A stretch of 64,000 bases of DNA from positions 12,284-76,283 of the forward strand of contig CAYPXO010000003.1 in NCBI GenBank assembly GCA_964414895.1, written 5' to 3'. Position numbers and translations under genes: made by a program. Positions 48,407-58,230 of this stretch are shown in pieces (positions within the stretch are counted from its first letter, which is position 1; every line of letters starts with the position of its first letter). The notes beneath the pieces are model-generated. The model was not told the origin of the DNA and made no database searches. It saw nothing but the letters and a program-made list of their open reading frames with translations. This stretch comes from an uncultured Pseudomonadales bacterium (lineage in GTDB: Bacteria > Patescibacteriota > Microgenomatia > UBA1400 > CAYNMC01).

Positions 48407-49399
48407 TTATTTTTTTGGCAAACACTGATGAGCTAGGAAACTTTCGCATTGAGGACAACTGCAACTGCCACTTCTACTAAAGGAAAAACAGTTAGGATTT
48501 TGTTCACAGCTTTGTTTGTCGAGACTTTGGCAACCAAAAGAATCAGCAATACAGCGACAGTCTTTTTGAGAAAAAATATATCCAGACGCACAAGGAGTTT
48601 CCGAACCACTGGGTTGACTCTCAACTGCTGTTTCCGGATCTTTAACGGACTGTGGGCTTATATTAAAGCTGGAAAGAATTTGATTAAAGAGCTTTTCTTC
48701 TTCTTTGGGGGAGATTATACCGGGAAGACTTAGGTATTTTTCATAATCCAAAACTATCGGTTTAAACTCGGTGATAAAAGAGCGGGTAAGCACTAAAGTC
48801 TTTTGGGAATCTAAAGGAAAGAAATAGCTATAGCGCCCACAGCCCTCAACGCCCTGGGTAAGACGATAGCCGTTTAATGAACCAACAACAAACTCATCTA
48901 TAAAATTGGGTTGGATTTTAAGCTCATTGTCTGAAAGAAAATTATCTGACAGATAATTACCCTCGGTAGTAATAACCGCCTCTTTTAAATTTTTCCTAAA
49001 AAACTCAATGCTAACTTCAAAATCGACTAACTTTTTCAAAGGAACGGTATTATCTCGAAACTCACAGGGGTCAGGATGCTCATAGTCAATCGAGTGGCTG
49101 AGAATGACTTTACTTTCCTTTTCAGCGATACTAACGACCTCTGCCGGATATCTAAAGTCAAGCCCTTGCTCGTTTTGATAAGTCTCCCAGTCACTAGGGA
49201 CTTTGCTTCTGGGTGAAGCTTCAGGTTCTAAACTGACTTCAGACTCTAGACTAGGTTTAGGCTGAAAAGTTGGTTGGGGGGAAGAGGCTAGTCTAAGAGG
49301 GAATTGAGAATAATTTTGCCAGAGATACATCACCGCCATTCCTAGAAAAAAAGACAAAATAATTCCTAGAGGAACAACTTGAAAACCTTTGATTTCCAT
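48407..49399 (-). CDS. Hypothetical secreted/anchored protein with a Cys-rich C-terminal module
   Basis: N-terminal TM/signal anchor. The last ~50 aa contain 12 Cys. Confidence 0.3.
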   Translation of the reverse strand: MEIKGFQVVPLGIILSFFLGMAVMYLWQNYSQFPLRLASSPQPTFQPKPSLESEVSLEPEASPRSKVPSDWETYQNEQGLDFRYPAEVVSIAEKESKVILSHSIDYEHPDPCEFRDNTVPLKKLVDFEVSIEFFRKNLKEAVITTEGNYLSDNFLSDNELKIQPNFIDEFVVGSLNGYRLTQGVEGCGRYSYFFPLDSQKTLVLTRSFITEFKPIVLDYEKYLSLPGIISPKEEEKLFNQILSSFNISPQSVKDPETAVESQPSGSETPCASGYIFSQKDCRCIADSFGCQSLDKQSCEQNPNCFSFSRSGSCSCPQCESFLAHQCLPKK

Positions 49400-49563
49400 T
49401 AATTTAAAAGTAACACATTCAAGAAAATAATTCTATTTCTTCCTGATAAAAGCAGAGCTTGTCTAATCGATAAGTGCCATTTAAAAAAATAAGAGCTTTT
49501 TGGAACATAAATCTATTTATTTTGTCAGAGGGTTTTTTAAAGATATAAAAGATAAAATCCTAG

Positions 49564-50229
49564 CTAAATCAGATTATTAAGTAAATTTTGAGCATTGGAT
49601 CTAGCTTCTTTATATGCATCTCCAGAAAATACAGGCAGATTAGCAATTATTGTCAAAATTTGTTTATTTTGTTGGACATCTGGATTTTCTAATAAAGAGC
49701 TAGCCAGAGAAGGTTGAATATATGAAGAAAGACCTTTTGCAATTTTTAGAAGAGTTTCATTTGGCGTACTAGGATCCTTTGCCAATAGAGGTAAAAATGC
49801 GTATTGATAAACCCAATCATCTTTGGATTTAAGTTTGTTAAAAAAAATATCAGTAAAAAGGTAATTATCGGTTGAATCAAAATCATACATTTGCATATCC
49901 TTTATATCAAAATCGTCATAGTTATTAATAGAGATCCAAGCAATTTTATTGTTATGTTTTATACCTGTGGCTTTACTATAAAAACAACCAGAAGGACAAT
50001 CTTGAGGTTCCCCATAACTGACTTGGAATACTTGTAAATCTTCTTCAGGAATCTCCAGCAAAATATTTATTCCTTGTTGTTTTGGAAAATTAAAACCGTT
50101 TACAAAAGATTCTATATTAGATTCAATTGTTTTTTTAGGAGGTTGGTCTGGTGTTTTTATCTGTTGAACACAACCCGCCATCAATACAATTCCTAAAACT
50201 GCTGATACAAATAAAATTTTCTGATTCAT
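49564..50229 (-). CDS. Hypothetical lipoprotein
   Basis: LMAGC lipobox. Confidence 0.35.
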   Translation of the reverse strand: MNQKILFVSAVLGIVLMAGCVQQIKTPDQPPKKTIESNIESFVNGFNFPKQQGINILLEIPEEDLQVFQVSYGEPQDCPSGCFYSKATGIKHNNKIAWISINNYDDFDIKDMQMYDFDSTDNYLFTDIFFNKLKSKDDWVYQYAFLPLLAKDPSTPNETLLKIAKGLSSYIQPSLASSLLENPDVQQNKQILTIIANLPVFSGDAYKEARSNAQNLLNNLI

Positions 50230-50809
50230 AATTTTAATTAAATTTAGTTATTATTTAAATATATCGATAATCTCAACTTGAATCAAAATCAAGGCGGGCG
50301 TAGGGCAAATTGCATTTAACGTTTCAGCGAATACAAACTCTTTCATTGTTACAATCGTATTATACAACAATCAAGAAATTTGGGTGAGGAATGAGCCGAA
50401 TTCCGAACCCTATACACTGTGTTAGATGACCCGAGGACAGAATGGTTCAAAAAATCTTCCGAAAGCGCAGCGTCCCCTGAGCGGAGCGAAGAGTCGAGGG
50501 TCGGTGAACTACGGAGAAACCCAAGTACATTTATTATTTATACATTTTGCTTCTCCGAAAGGCATAGTGCAAGCTTGCCTAGTTAAGCTTGGAAGCTTAA
50601 CACAGGTCTCAAGATATTCTTTGCTTCCAAAGAAAGATCGTATAAAAACTGACTTTATTCTACTTATTTTTAAGCGATTATACAAACTGAAATTGTGCGG
50701 CGTCCAGGACATACTATACACTTTATGCGCTTTGGTTATGAGGAGTATGTCCGTAGGGTAGTAGAATTAAGGGGTTCTAGTTTGAGCGCGAAGGAGGTGA
50801 AGAAAAAGT

Positions 50810-51961
50810 ATGGAAACTGGACCCCGTATTGATTACAAAGCATTAAGAAGGATTAATCCAGAGGCAGCCAGAAGAGCAGTTCTTGAATATTTAAAAACTA
50901 ACGGAGCTAATATCGCCGGCGCCGCCAGAGTCTTTGGGGTCAATAGAACCGTAGTCTACGATATCTTAAAAAAGCAGAAAGAAGGCAATCTGAAAGATAG
51001 ATCAAGAAGGCCAAAAAGTTGCCCCAACAAGACACCAGATAAGATTGAAGACAAAGTTGTTGAAGCCAAAAACAAGACAAGATTAGGGCCTGAGAGATTA
51101 TCAAAGTATCTTAGAAAGCACGAGAAGCTTAATGTTCCCTATGGGACTATTAGGCATATCTTGAGAAGAAACAGGGACAAGCTAACTTATCAAATCAGAA
51201 GCAAAAAGAGAAGAAAAGAAAAAAGACAATTTGTAGACTGGTATTCTGCCAAGCCATTTGAAATTGTCCAGGTAGATCTGAAATTTATTCGGGATCAAAA
51301 GGCACTGACCAAAGAGCAAATTATCCATCTTGACCGTTTTGATATCCCCAACTACCAGTGGGGCGCCCTGGATGTTAATTCTCGCTTTAAGCTGATCGCC
51401 TACTCAAGAGAAAAAACCTGGACCAATGGGCTTTGTTTCTACCTTTGGGTGATCTCGTGGCTGCGCTCCCATGGGGTCACCTGTGAGATTGTCTTCACCG
51501 TTGATAATGGAGAAGAATTTGGTGGTAAATCATGGATGAAGATCAAAGAGTTAAGAAAACTCATCGCCGGCTTTGGCTGCCACCTTATCCAAAACCACAA
51601 AGGTCATCCTGAGGAAAATGCTCATCTTGAAAGAAGCCACCGGACAGATGACGACGAGTTTTACATCTCCAGGGTTTTCAAAATCAAAAGTGATGAGGAT
51701 CTGCTAGATGAGGCCTTGGGTTACATCTACTATTACAACAATCTTAGAGAGCACTCGTCGCTTAATGATAAAACGCCATTTGCATATTTGAAGGCGCAAA
51801 TGCCGGAGATTGATGATACAATACGTTATGTACAGCCGTTCCTACTTGACTCTGTGGCTGTAAAGCTAGGATCCTGGAGTGGATACAATGTCCTGGCACA
51901 TCACCAAATTCAAAAAATAAAACGTGGGCTGAAGATCAAGAATTACAGTTCAAAATTGTGA
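50810..51961 (+). mobile_element. DDE (rve-type) transposase with an N-terminal HTH, IS481/IS3-superfamily-like
   Basis: HTH AARVFGVNRTVVYD. Integrase core QVDLKF...ALDVNSRF...E triad region. Confidence 0.65.
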
Positions 51962-51989
51962 TAGAAATGAGAAAAATTCCACTTTTGAA

Positions 51990-52170
51990 AGGTAAAAATT
52001 CCGATTTGAAGTCAAAATTGGCTGGCGAGTGTTGGCGCAAAGCGCCCCATTTTCCAACTGGCGGTGTATTTACGAAAAAGTTCGAACGGAATTCTCTGGC
52101 GGCGGCTGAAAACTCCGCGCGCCAGCCGCCACCAGCTTACCCGCCTTCGGCGGGCTGACCTCCCGTTTCT
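51990..52170. repeat. GC-rich structured repeat, copy L
   Basis: ~110 bp are near-identical to the reverse complement of 56405-56515; a further ~70 bp are related to 56516-56590 and 58005-58078. Confidence 0.7.
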
Positions 52171-52187
52171 AACAATTTCAAGTTTTT

Positions 52188-54008
52188 CTAGCCAGCTTCG
52201 CTGGCTTTGCTCGGCTCTGCCGAGCTTGGCGGCAAATTCTTATCTATATTTAAAAACTCTAAAATATTCTTGTCAATAAAATCAGGATATTCTTCCAGTA
52301 TGTTATCAAGCGACTTCTCTTTTAGTGCCGCATAAACACTTACAGGCCCCTTGTTTTGATCACTAATATTGAGCACTGTTTCTAGTTTTTTCTTGTTGTG
52401 GTGAATTTTAGTCAAGTCTCCTACTTCCTTAAAGATTTTGTGATTGTTTGTGTACTGTGCTTTTTCACCGGGGCCCAGACTTTGATAGCTTTGATTTTCA
52501 TCATTCCCAGCGTTTGTAATATTCAAACTCTTGTCATCTAAATCCCAATCGTGAATTACGAAAAAAGGAATATCAAATCTTTTGCACAACTGAACAACAG
52601 TAACAATAGGCTCTTTTCCCCAAACAGATATTATGGCAATATTGTCCAATCCAAAGTTTACCTCATCAACAAAAGCCGTTTTATATGCTAGCAAGTCATC
52701 TGGGCCCTCAACAATTAATACTTTACTAGCAAAAATTATATTGCCTAAGTTGGGTTCAAGTGTCCGTAAATATTTTGAAAAATCATCAGGATTTTTGACT
52801 TCGAATCTATCTATTCTCTCTGGGTACTTTATTTTGGGACTTTTTTTGTAAACAATTTTTGTTTTTAGATAGTTTTCATTTTTAAGCTTAATAATACTTT
52901 GCGGCTTAAAGATATTTACAAACTTCTTGGAGTGGGTTGTGTAAATAACTTGATTTTTTTCAGCCAAATTACAAAGAACATTGTAAAAATATTCCTGGAA
53001 GTGCTCGTGTAAAAAAGTTTCTGGTTCTTCAATTATAAAAATGTTTCCACCTTCGTCATCAGCGTTCAAAATAGCCCTGAATAAGGCTATAACAAACAAA
53101 GATGAAAATCCTTTCCCCATTTGATCAATTGGGAGTTTCGGTTTCTGTGGGTTGTCAGTAATATAAAATGTGAGGTTATCAAAAAATGAATCTGCCGTTG
53201 GGAACCCAAACTTAAGAGAAATATCATCATTTTCAATTTCTAGTTGCTTCTTAATAACTTCCTCCATGCTAGAGATTAAATCGTCAAAATTATCAGTAGA
53301 TAATACAAAATCCTCCAAGTATTGCATCGCGTTATCAAAAACCTGTTTTCTCGGCTTTCCAATATGTGCTTTAACCACACCATTTCTTCGTGGCATTATA
53401 TTTGTATCTGCTTCAAAATTTGCCTTTATTTCCCCCATCACCTTACCAAGTAATGTATACCTGTTTATTTTAAGCTGACTTTGTATAAATGCGGTGTCAA
53501 TAAAATAAGCGGGAACCTTTGATCTCCATTTCCATACCTGCTCAGCTCCTTGCTTCTGCGTCTCGTTTAGTATTTCTCTCTCTTCTTCAGAGTATTCTTT
53601 CTTTTTAGATCGTCTTATCGAACGAGGATTAAATATTTGTTTCCCGTCTTCATCGCAAAAATAATGGCTTACATTAAGAACTCCATCGTCATATTCAATT
53701 TTCAGCTGAAAAACAGGCATTTCTTTTACTTGGTTATATGCATCAGAACTTTTCAGTGGATTATTAACTATTGCTTCCGCCAAGATAGGATGATCTGATT
53801 TCTTGAGATAAAAATCGTTAAAGGAAAAGGTGTGACGCGAAAAAGAACGTGCCCCTAAACACATTGCAAGCACATCTATAAAATTTGATTTTCCCGAATT
53901 ATTATGGCCAATTACTGAAAATGGAGTCCGTAAGTCTGGTAATTGTATTTCAATACCAGTTGAATCAAACGAGCGATAATTTTTAATAGTAATCTTGTTT
54001 ATTCGCAT
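52188..54008 (-). CDS. OLD-family / PARIS-like ABC-ATPase + TOPRIM nuclease
   Basis: N-terminal AAA_15 motifs (GHNNSGKSN Walker A, IFIIEEPE Walker B). C-terminal TOPRIM LIVEGPDD...D-W-D. Confidence 0.65.
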   Translation of the reverse strand: MRINKITIKNYRSFDSTGIEIQLPDLRTPFSVIGHNNSGKSNFIDVLAMCLGARSFSRHTFSFNDFYLKKSDHPILAEAIVNNPLKSSDAYNQVKEMPVFQLKIEYDDGVLNVSHYFCDEDGKQIFNPRSIRRSKKKEYSEEEREILNETQKQGAEQVWKWRSKVPAYFIDTAFIQSQLKINRYTLLGKVMGEIKANFEADTNIMPRRNGVVKAHIGKPRKQVFDNAMQYLEDFVLSTDNFDDLISSMEEVIKKQLEIENDDISLKFGFPTADSFFDNLTFYITDNPQKPKLPIDQMGKGFSSLFVIALFRAILNADDEGGNIFIIEEPETFLHEHFQEYFYNVLCNLAEKNQVIYTTHSKKFVNIFKPQSIIKLKNENYLKTKIVYKKSPKIKYPERIDRFEVKNPDDFSKYLRTLEPNLGNIIFASKVLIVEGPDDLLAYKTAFVDEVNFGLDNIAIISVWGKEPIVTVVQLCKRFDIPFFVIHDWDLDDKSLNITNAGNDENQSYQSLGPGEKAQYTNNHKIFKEVGDLTKIHHNKKKLETVLNISDQNKGPVSVYAALKEKSLDNILEEYPDFIDKNILEFLNIDKNLPPSSAEPSKASEAG

Positions 54009-54015
54009 AGATAAA

Positions 54016-54843
54016 CTAGTAACCTAAAGCAAGCTGGTCAAGCATATCAGGTCCTTTTTCCTGACCAACCTCTTGATAAATCTCGAGAATTTCTTCGTAT
54101 GCTCCCCCTCCGCCCACTAGATCCCAAAACTCCTTCCCAAGTAAAACTTCATCCTCAAGATCCATATAATTGACTACAAAGCTGTGTCTATAAGTTTCTT
54201 TTTCAATACCATAAGGATTATAAGCTGAAGCATAAAATGCTTTTGCTTTAGGATATTTTTTGTAAGTAATGCCATGAATTTGTAATAATCTACCCGTGGC
54301 TTCTAAACATTGGCCTTTGTTTGGTTTTGGACTTTTGATTTCAATAAAAAGTTCTGTGCCGTCTTTTTTAACAATATATAAGTCGGCAATGCTAGTTCTC
54401 TCTATGGTTTCATCGTCTCCGGCGAGTTTAACAATCTCTTCGACAAATTCAGGATAACTTGATTTCATGCCGCCATTACCGATTTTACTGGTAATTTGCT
54501 CAATCCGCTTAATTGCCTTTAGGGAAATCTGACCTGTAACTCGACAACCTCTTTCTGCGTGTTTATGGTTATCAAGAGCAATTAATCGAGCACACTCTTC
54601 AAAAGTCGTTCCAAGTTTTGTAGAAAACGACCTTTCAAACTCAGTTATTGTTAATAATCCATCCGGTAATAGAGACTCATGAAAAGGCTTTAACCTTCCT
54701 TTCTTTGACTCTTTGCGTAGAGGTCTCAATTGTTTGGGATCAAATCCACTTTCGGTATGCTCATCTATCATTCCTTGAATAAAACCCTCAAGGTAACCCT
54801 TAATTTTTTGTCTTGTGTCTTTTGTAATCATGTTTTCCTCCAA
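54016..54843 (-). CDS. Type II restriction endonuclease, PD-(D/E)xK fold
   Basis: IADLYIV...ELFIEIK (D...ExK). Directly downstream of, and overlapping, the MTase gene. Confidence 0.5.
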   Translation of the reverse strand: MEENMITKDTRQKIKGYLEGFIQGMIDEHTESGFDPKQLRPLRKESKKGRLKPFHESLLPDGLLTITEFERSFSTKLGTTFEECARLIALDNHKHAERGCRVTGQISLKAIKRIEQITSKIGNGGMKSSYPEFVEEIVKLAGDDETIERTSIADLYIVKKDGTELFIEIKSPKPNKGQCLEATGRLLQIHGITYKKYPKAKAFYASAYNPYGIEKETYRHSFVVNYMDLEDEVLLGKEFWDLVGGGGAYEEILEIYQEVGQEKGPDMLDQLALGY

Positions 54844-56021
54844 ATTAAAACACTTTCATAAAAGGCGCCGTTACGTCTTCCAGTACGACGGTTTACGTGA
54901 CGGTCTACTTTCCCTATCTCCTCAAAACCAACCTTAGCAGGATCATAAAGACCATATTTATCATTAATAACAATGGCCATAATTGCATCACCGGCCATAA
55001 AATCTCTAGTGTGCAATAAAACCTCATTTATGCCTTTGATATAATCCTCTTTCGCCTCATCCGATTTTCCATTTTTTGCAGGGCCAATCTCTTTGTCCTC
55101 ATTATTTTCTAAACCGAATAGTTCATAAGCGTATCTGTGTTGTTCATGATAGTCAATTAAACCAAGATAAGGTGGTGAGGTAAATACCATCTCAATTTTT
55201 TTAGGTAAATCAACTTTTCTTGAGTCTTCATGAAGCACCTGTACATCGGCATCCGATCTTATTGCATTGTATTCCTTGATTCGCCTAAGTGTGTCCCGAG
55301 TGTAATGGTTTAAAAATTTATAGGCTTCTTGAACAGGAGTACAGGTGCGTCCATGCTTATAGCATTCATATGGACCAATTTGTGGCTCTTTAGGAAAGTC
55401 TAGATCATAGTGCTTTACCAGCCTAGCAGAACGTGCTGAACGGGAAAGGATAATTTTCAGTAAATCTTGATATGTATAATCTTGAATCAACCTTCTATAA
55501 CAAAGTAGTTCTTTCCTTGCGCGGTCCGCATACCAATTGTTAAGAAATTCATTATCTGTTTTGAATAGTTTATTAACTTTTTCATCGTTGCAAAACTCTT
55601 TTTTGTACTTTGTCAGTCGTTTCAGGATATCATGTAATTCTTTCTCTAAAATTTCTAGATCGTACTTATCTGTTTTAACTTTAGACAAAAGCACATTAAA
55701 TACGGAAATATCAGTGCCTACAGAATTTATACCTAAAGCATTAGCTTCAACCAAGGTCGTCCCAGAACCCACAAAAGGGTCATAAACTAGTTTAGGCTTA
55801 AATTTTCTTAGAAAAATCTCTACAAGTTGGGGTATAAATTTCCCCATATATGGATGTAATCTGTGGACATGCTTGGTTCTCTTCTTTTCAGGTAAATCTC
55901 TTTCTCTCCAGTTCAAATTAAGTGAGTTCAAATCAGTGTCTGGATCTACGCTTGTAAAATCCGTAAGAGGATCTTCGTTGTATTGTTTAGCTATTTTTTT
56001 AGCTACTTTATTGTCGTACAT
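54828..56021 (-). CDS. N6-adenine/N4-cytosine DNA methyltransferase
   Basis: Motif I DPFVGSGTT and motif IV SPPY. Confidence 0.75.
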   Translation of the reverse strand: MYDNKVAKKIAKQYNEDPLTDFTSVDPDTDLNSLNLNWRERDLPEKKRTKHVHRLHPYMGKFIPQLVEIFLRKFKPKLVYDPFVGSGTTLVEANALGINSVGTDISVFNVLLSKVKTDKYDLEILEKELHDILKRLTKYKKEFCNDEKVNKLFKTDNEFLNNWYADRARKELLCYRRLIQDYTYQDLLKIILSRSARSARLVKHYDLDFPKEPQIGPYECYKHGRTCTPVQEAYKFLNHYTRDTLRRIKEYNAIRSDADVQVLHEDSRKVDLPKKIEMVFTSPPYLGLIDYHEQHRYAYELFGLENNEDKEIGPAKNGKSDEAKEDYIKGINEVLLHTRDFMAGDAIMAIVINDKYGLYDPAKVGFEEIGKVDRHVNRRTGRRNGAFYESVLIWRKT

Positions 56022-56028
56022 AGTTTTT

Positions 56029-56238
56029 TTATTTCACTAAATTATCTATAGTTATATCAAGTCCTTCAGCAATTTTCGTAATCGTATTTAAAGAAGGATT
56101 TTGAATAACATCACTCTCTATTTTAGCAAGTGTAGTGTAGGGAAGATCAGCTTTTTTGGACAAAGCGTCTTGCGTTAAATCTTTCTTTTTACGCCAAGAT
56201 TTTATCTTCGCTCCAATGGTTTCTTTATCTTTTTTCAT
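56029..56238 (-). CDS. XRE-family HTH controller (C) protein of the R-M operon
   Basis: 69 aa HTH WRKKKDLTQDALSKKADL. First gene of the operon. Confidence 0.55.
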   Translation of the reverse strand: MKKDKETIGAKIKSWRKKKDLTQDALSKKADLPYTTLAKIESDVIQNPSLNTITKIAEGLDITIDNLVK

Positions 56239-56404
56239 TTTCTTTTCTTCAATAATATGTTAGTATAGTGTTGATGGCACAAATCAATTATCACTCTTAT
56301 ACTACCATGTATCTTAATTCTTTACAATCTTTCTTTAAGAAAAATCCCTCTTTTGGCCAAAATAAAGTTCGAGCCAATATTTTTTCAGGTTCTTTGGCAG
56401 TTTT

Positions 56405-56600
56405 TAGAAACGGGAGGTCAGCCCGCCGAAGGCGGGTAAGCTGGCGGCGGCTGGCGCGCGGAGTTTTCAGCCGCCGCCAGAGAATTCCGTTCGAACTTTT
56501 TCGTAAATACACCGCCAAGTGGAAGTTGGCTCACGCGCAGCACACGCTCGCCAGCCTTTTTGGGCTGAAAATCGGAATTTTTTATCTTTGTCCCGCAAAG
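56405..56600. repeat. GC-rich structured repeat, copy R (inverted relative to copy L)
   Basis: Contains the hairpins CTGGCGGCGG...CCGCCGCCAG and GCCCGCCGAAGGCGGG. Ends with a degenerate tRNA 3'-end-like ...ccgttcgaac...caccgcca, followed by a terminator-like hairpin and a T run. Confidence 0.7.
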
Positions 56601-56644
56601 CGAGACGCCAAAAGCGGGATTTTTTAAAACATTAATCAAAAACT

Positions 56645-58129
56645 ATGAAATATTTTATCTACGCTAGAAAATCAACCGAAAGTGAGGATAGACAAAAACT
56701 TTCTATCTCTGCTCAGCTTGCTGAGCTAAAAGAATTTGCCGCCAAAGAAAAACTTGAAATTGTCGCTTCCTTTCAGGAAGCAAAAACTGCCAAAGAACCT
56801 GGGCGAGCACAGTTCGCCAAAATGATAAAACAAATCAAGGAAGGAAAAGCAGAAGGAATTTTAGCTTGGCATCCGGACAGATTAGCAAGAAATTCAATTG
56901 ACGGTGGAAGAATTGTTTATCTAGTGGATACCGGGAAACTGAAAGATTTAAAGTTTCCTACCTTTTGGTTTGATAATACTCCGCAAGGAAAGTTTATGCT
57001 GAACATTGCCTTTGGTCAAAGCAAATATTATGTTGACAATCTAAGCCAAAACATTAAGCGCGGGATCAGACAAAAACTTCGCAAAGGACTTTGGCCTTCT
57101 TTTGCGCCAATCGGCTATCTAAACAACAGAAAAACTAAAGGGATTAATATTGATAAAGAAAAAGCACCGTTGATAAGGAAAGCTTTTCAACTTTACTCTG
57201 ACGGTGAACATACCTTTAAGACCGTGGCTAAATTTTTAGAAAAAGAAGGCCTGCGAAGTTACAAAGGCAATGTTCTTTCAGTTTCCTGTGCCCGACGGAT
57301 GCTCAGAAACCCGATTTATTATGGTGCAATCTGCTGGAAAAACGAAATTTACCAGGGAATTCACGAGCCAATTATTTCCAAGAAACTTTTTGATAAAGTC
57401 CAGCGAGTAATGAACGAGCGAGGCAAGAAAAAGAGAAAGCGCCAGCACGATTACGCTTTTACCGGATTTATGAAATGCGGCACTTGCGGCTACTCAATTA
57501 CCGCCGAAAAACAAAAAGGACATATTTACTACCGCTGCACCAAAAAGGGCGGTAATTGTCCTGAAAAATACTTGCGGGAAGGAGGCTTAGTTGGTCAGTT
57601 AGAAAAGATTATTCAAAAAGTTTCTTTGTCCAAGGATTGGACAGAAAAAATGCTTGTTGAGATAAACAAGGAAAAAGCTGAAAATCAAGAAATACTTGAG
57701 CCCAATATTAAAAAGCTGGAAGACCAAAAGCAAGCATTTAATAAAAAACTTGACCGGCTTTTAGATTTACAGCTTGAGGGCGGTTTATCTGTTGAAAATT
57801 ACAAACAAAAGAAAAACAAATTAATGGACCAAAAGCTAACTACCGAGGAAAAAATCCAAGAAATAAAAGAGAAAGGAAATAATTGGCTCGAACCGATGAG
57901 AGAGTTTATCTTAGCCAGCTGCCAAGCTAAAAAATTGCTTGAAAAGGAAAATAATGAAGAAATCTTATCATTCTTTAAAAATATTGGCTCGAACTTTATT
58001 TTGAAAGATAAAAAATTCCGATTTTCAGCCCAAAAAGGCTGGCGAGCGTGTGCTGCGCGCGAGCCAACTTCCACTTGGCGGAGGAGGTGGGATTCGAACC
58101 CACGGGTCCCAAAAAGGGACATGGTTTAG
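56645..58129 (+). CDS. Large serine recombinase (integrase). The ORF tail probably reads through into the repeat and tRNA.
   Basis: N-terminal YARKSTESEDRQ with catalytic Ser. HPDRLARN. Recombinase domain. Zn ribbon CGTCG...YYRC. Coiled-coil C-terminus. Confidence 0.8.
   Translation: MKYFIYARKSTESEDRQKLSISAQLAELKEFAAKEKLEIVASFQEAKTAKEPGRAQFAKMIKQIKEGKAEGILAWHPDRLARNSIDGGRIVYLVDTGKLKDLKFPTFWFDNTPQGKFMLNIAFGQSKYYVDNLSQNIKRGIRQKLRKGLWPSFAPIGYLNNRKTKGINIDKEKAPLIRKAFQLYSDGEHTFKTVAKFLEKEGLRSYKGNVLSVSCARRMLRNPIYYGAICWKNEIYQGIHEPIISKKLFDKVQRVMNERGKKKRKRQHDYAFTGFMKCGTCGYSITAEKQKGHIYYRCTKKGGNCPEKYLREGGLVGQLEKIIQKVSLSKDWTEKMLVEINKEKAENQEILEPNIKKLEDQKQAFNKKLDRLLDLQLEGGLSVENYKQKKNKLMDQKLTTEEKIQEIKEKGNNWLEPMREFILASCQAKKLLEKENNEEILSFFKNIGSNFILKDKKFRFSAQKGWRACAAREPTSTWRRRWDSNPRVPKRDMV
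58005..58078. repeat. GC-rich repeat, partial copy 3 abutting the tRNA-Ser 3' end
   Basis: 75 bp identical (1 mismatch) to the reverse complement of 56516-56590, diverging exactly at TTGGCGG, which is the reverse complement of the tRNA CCGCCA end. Confidence 0.7.
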
Positions 58130-58162
58130 CAAACCATTGCCATTGGCCTCTAGGCGACTCCT
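58074..58162 (-). tRNA. tRNA-Ser (GCU), CCA encoded
   Basis: Acceptor GGAGGAG/CTCCTCC. Anticodon stem ATGGT/ACCAT, loop TTGCTAA. Long variable arm GTCCCTTTTTGGGAC. T arm GTGGGTTCGAATCCCAC. Confidence 0.7.
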
Positions 58163-58230
58163 CCTTGTTTAATACTATTATAGCTGCTTTTTCTTGAAAA
58201 ATCACCTTTTGAGGAATAAAATCCAAAGAT

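Noticed and set aside
50426-50761. 111-aa ORF in the leader region of the island transposase
   Set aside because: No homology. It overlaps palindromic non-coding sequence and probably is IS end or att DNA.
51958-52279. Conserved small ORFs inside both copies of the GC-rich repeat (…FTKKFERNSLAAAENSARQPP… / MYLRKSSNGILWRRLKTPRAS…), also at 56297-56639
   Set aside because: Both frames are open simply because the repeat is GC-rich. The same DNA is better explained as structured non-coding sequence; ORF identity follows from DNA identity.
58010-58129. C-terminal 40 aa of the serine recombinase ORF (…WRACAAREPTSTWRRRWDSNPRVPKRDMV)
   Set aside because: This stretch is translation of the repeat and the tRNA-Ser gene. 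It is treated as read-through of a junction, not native protein.
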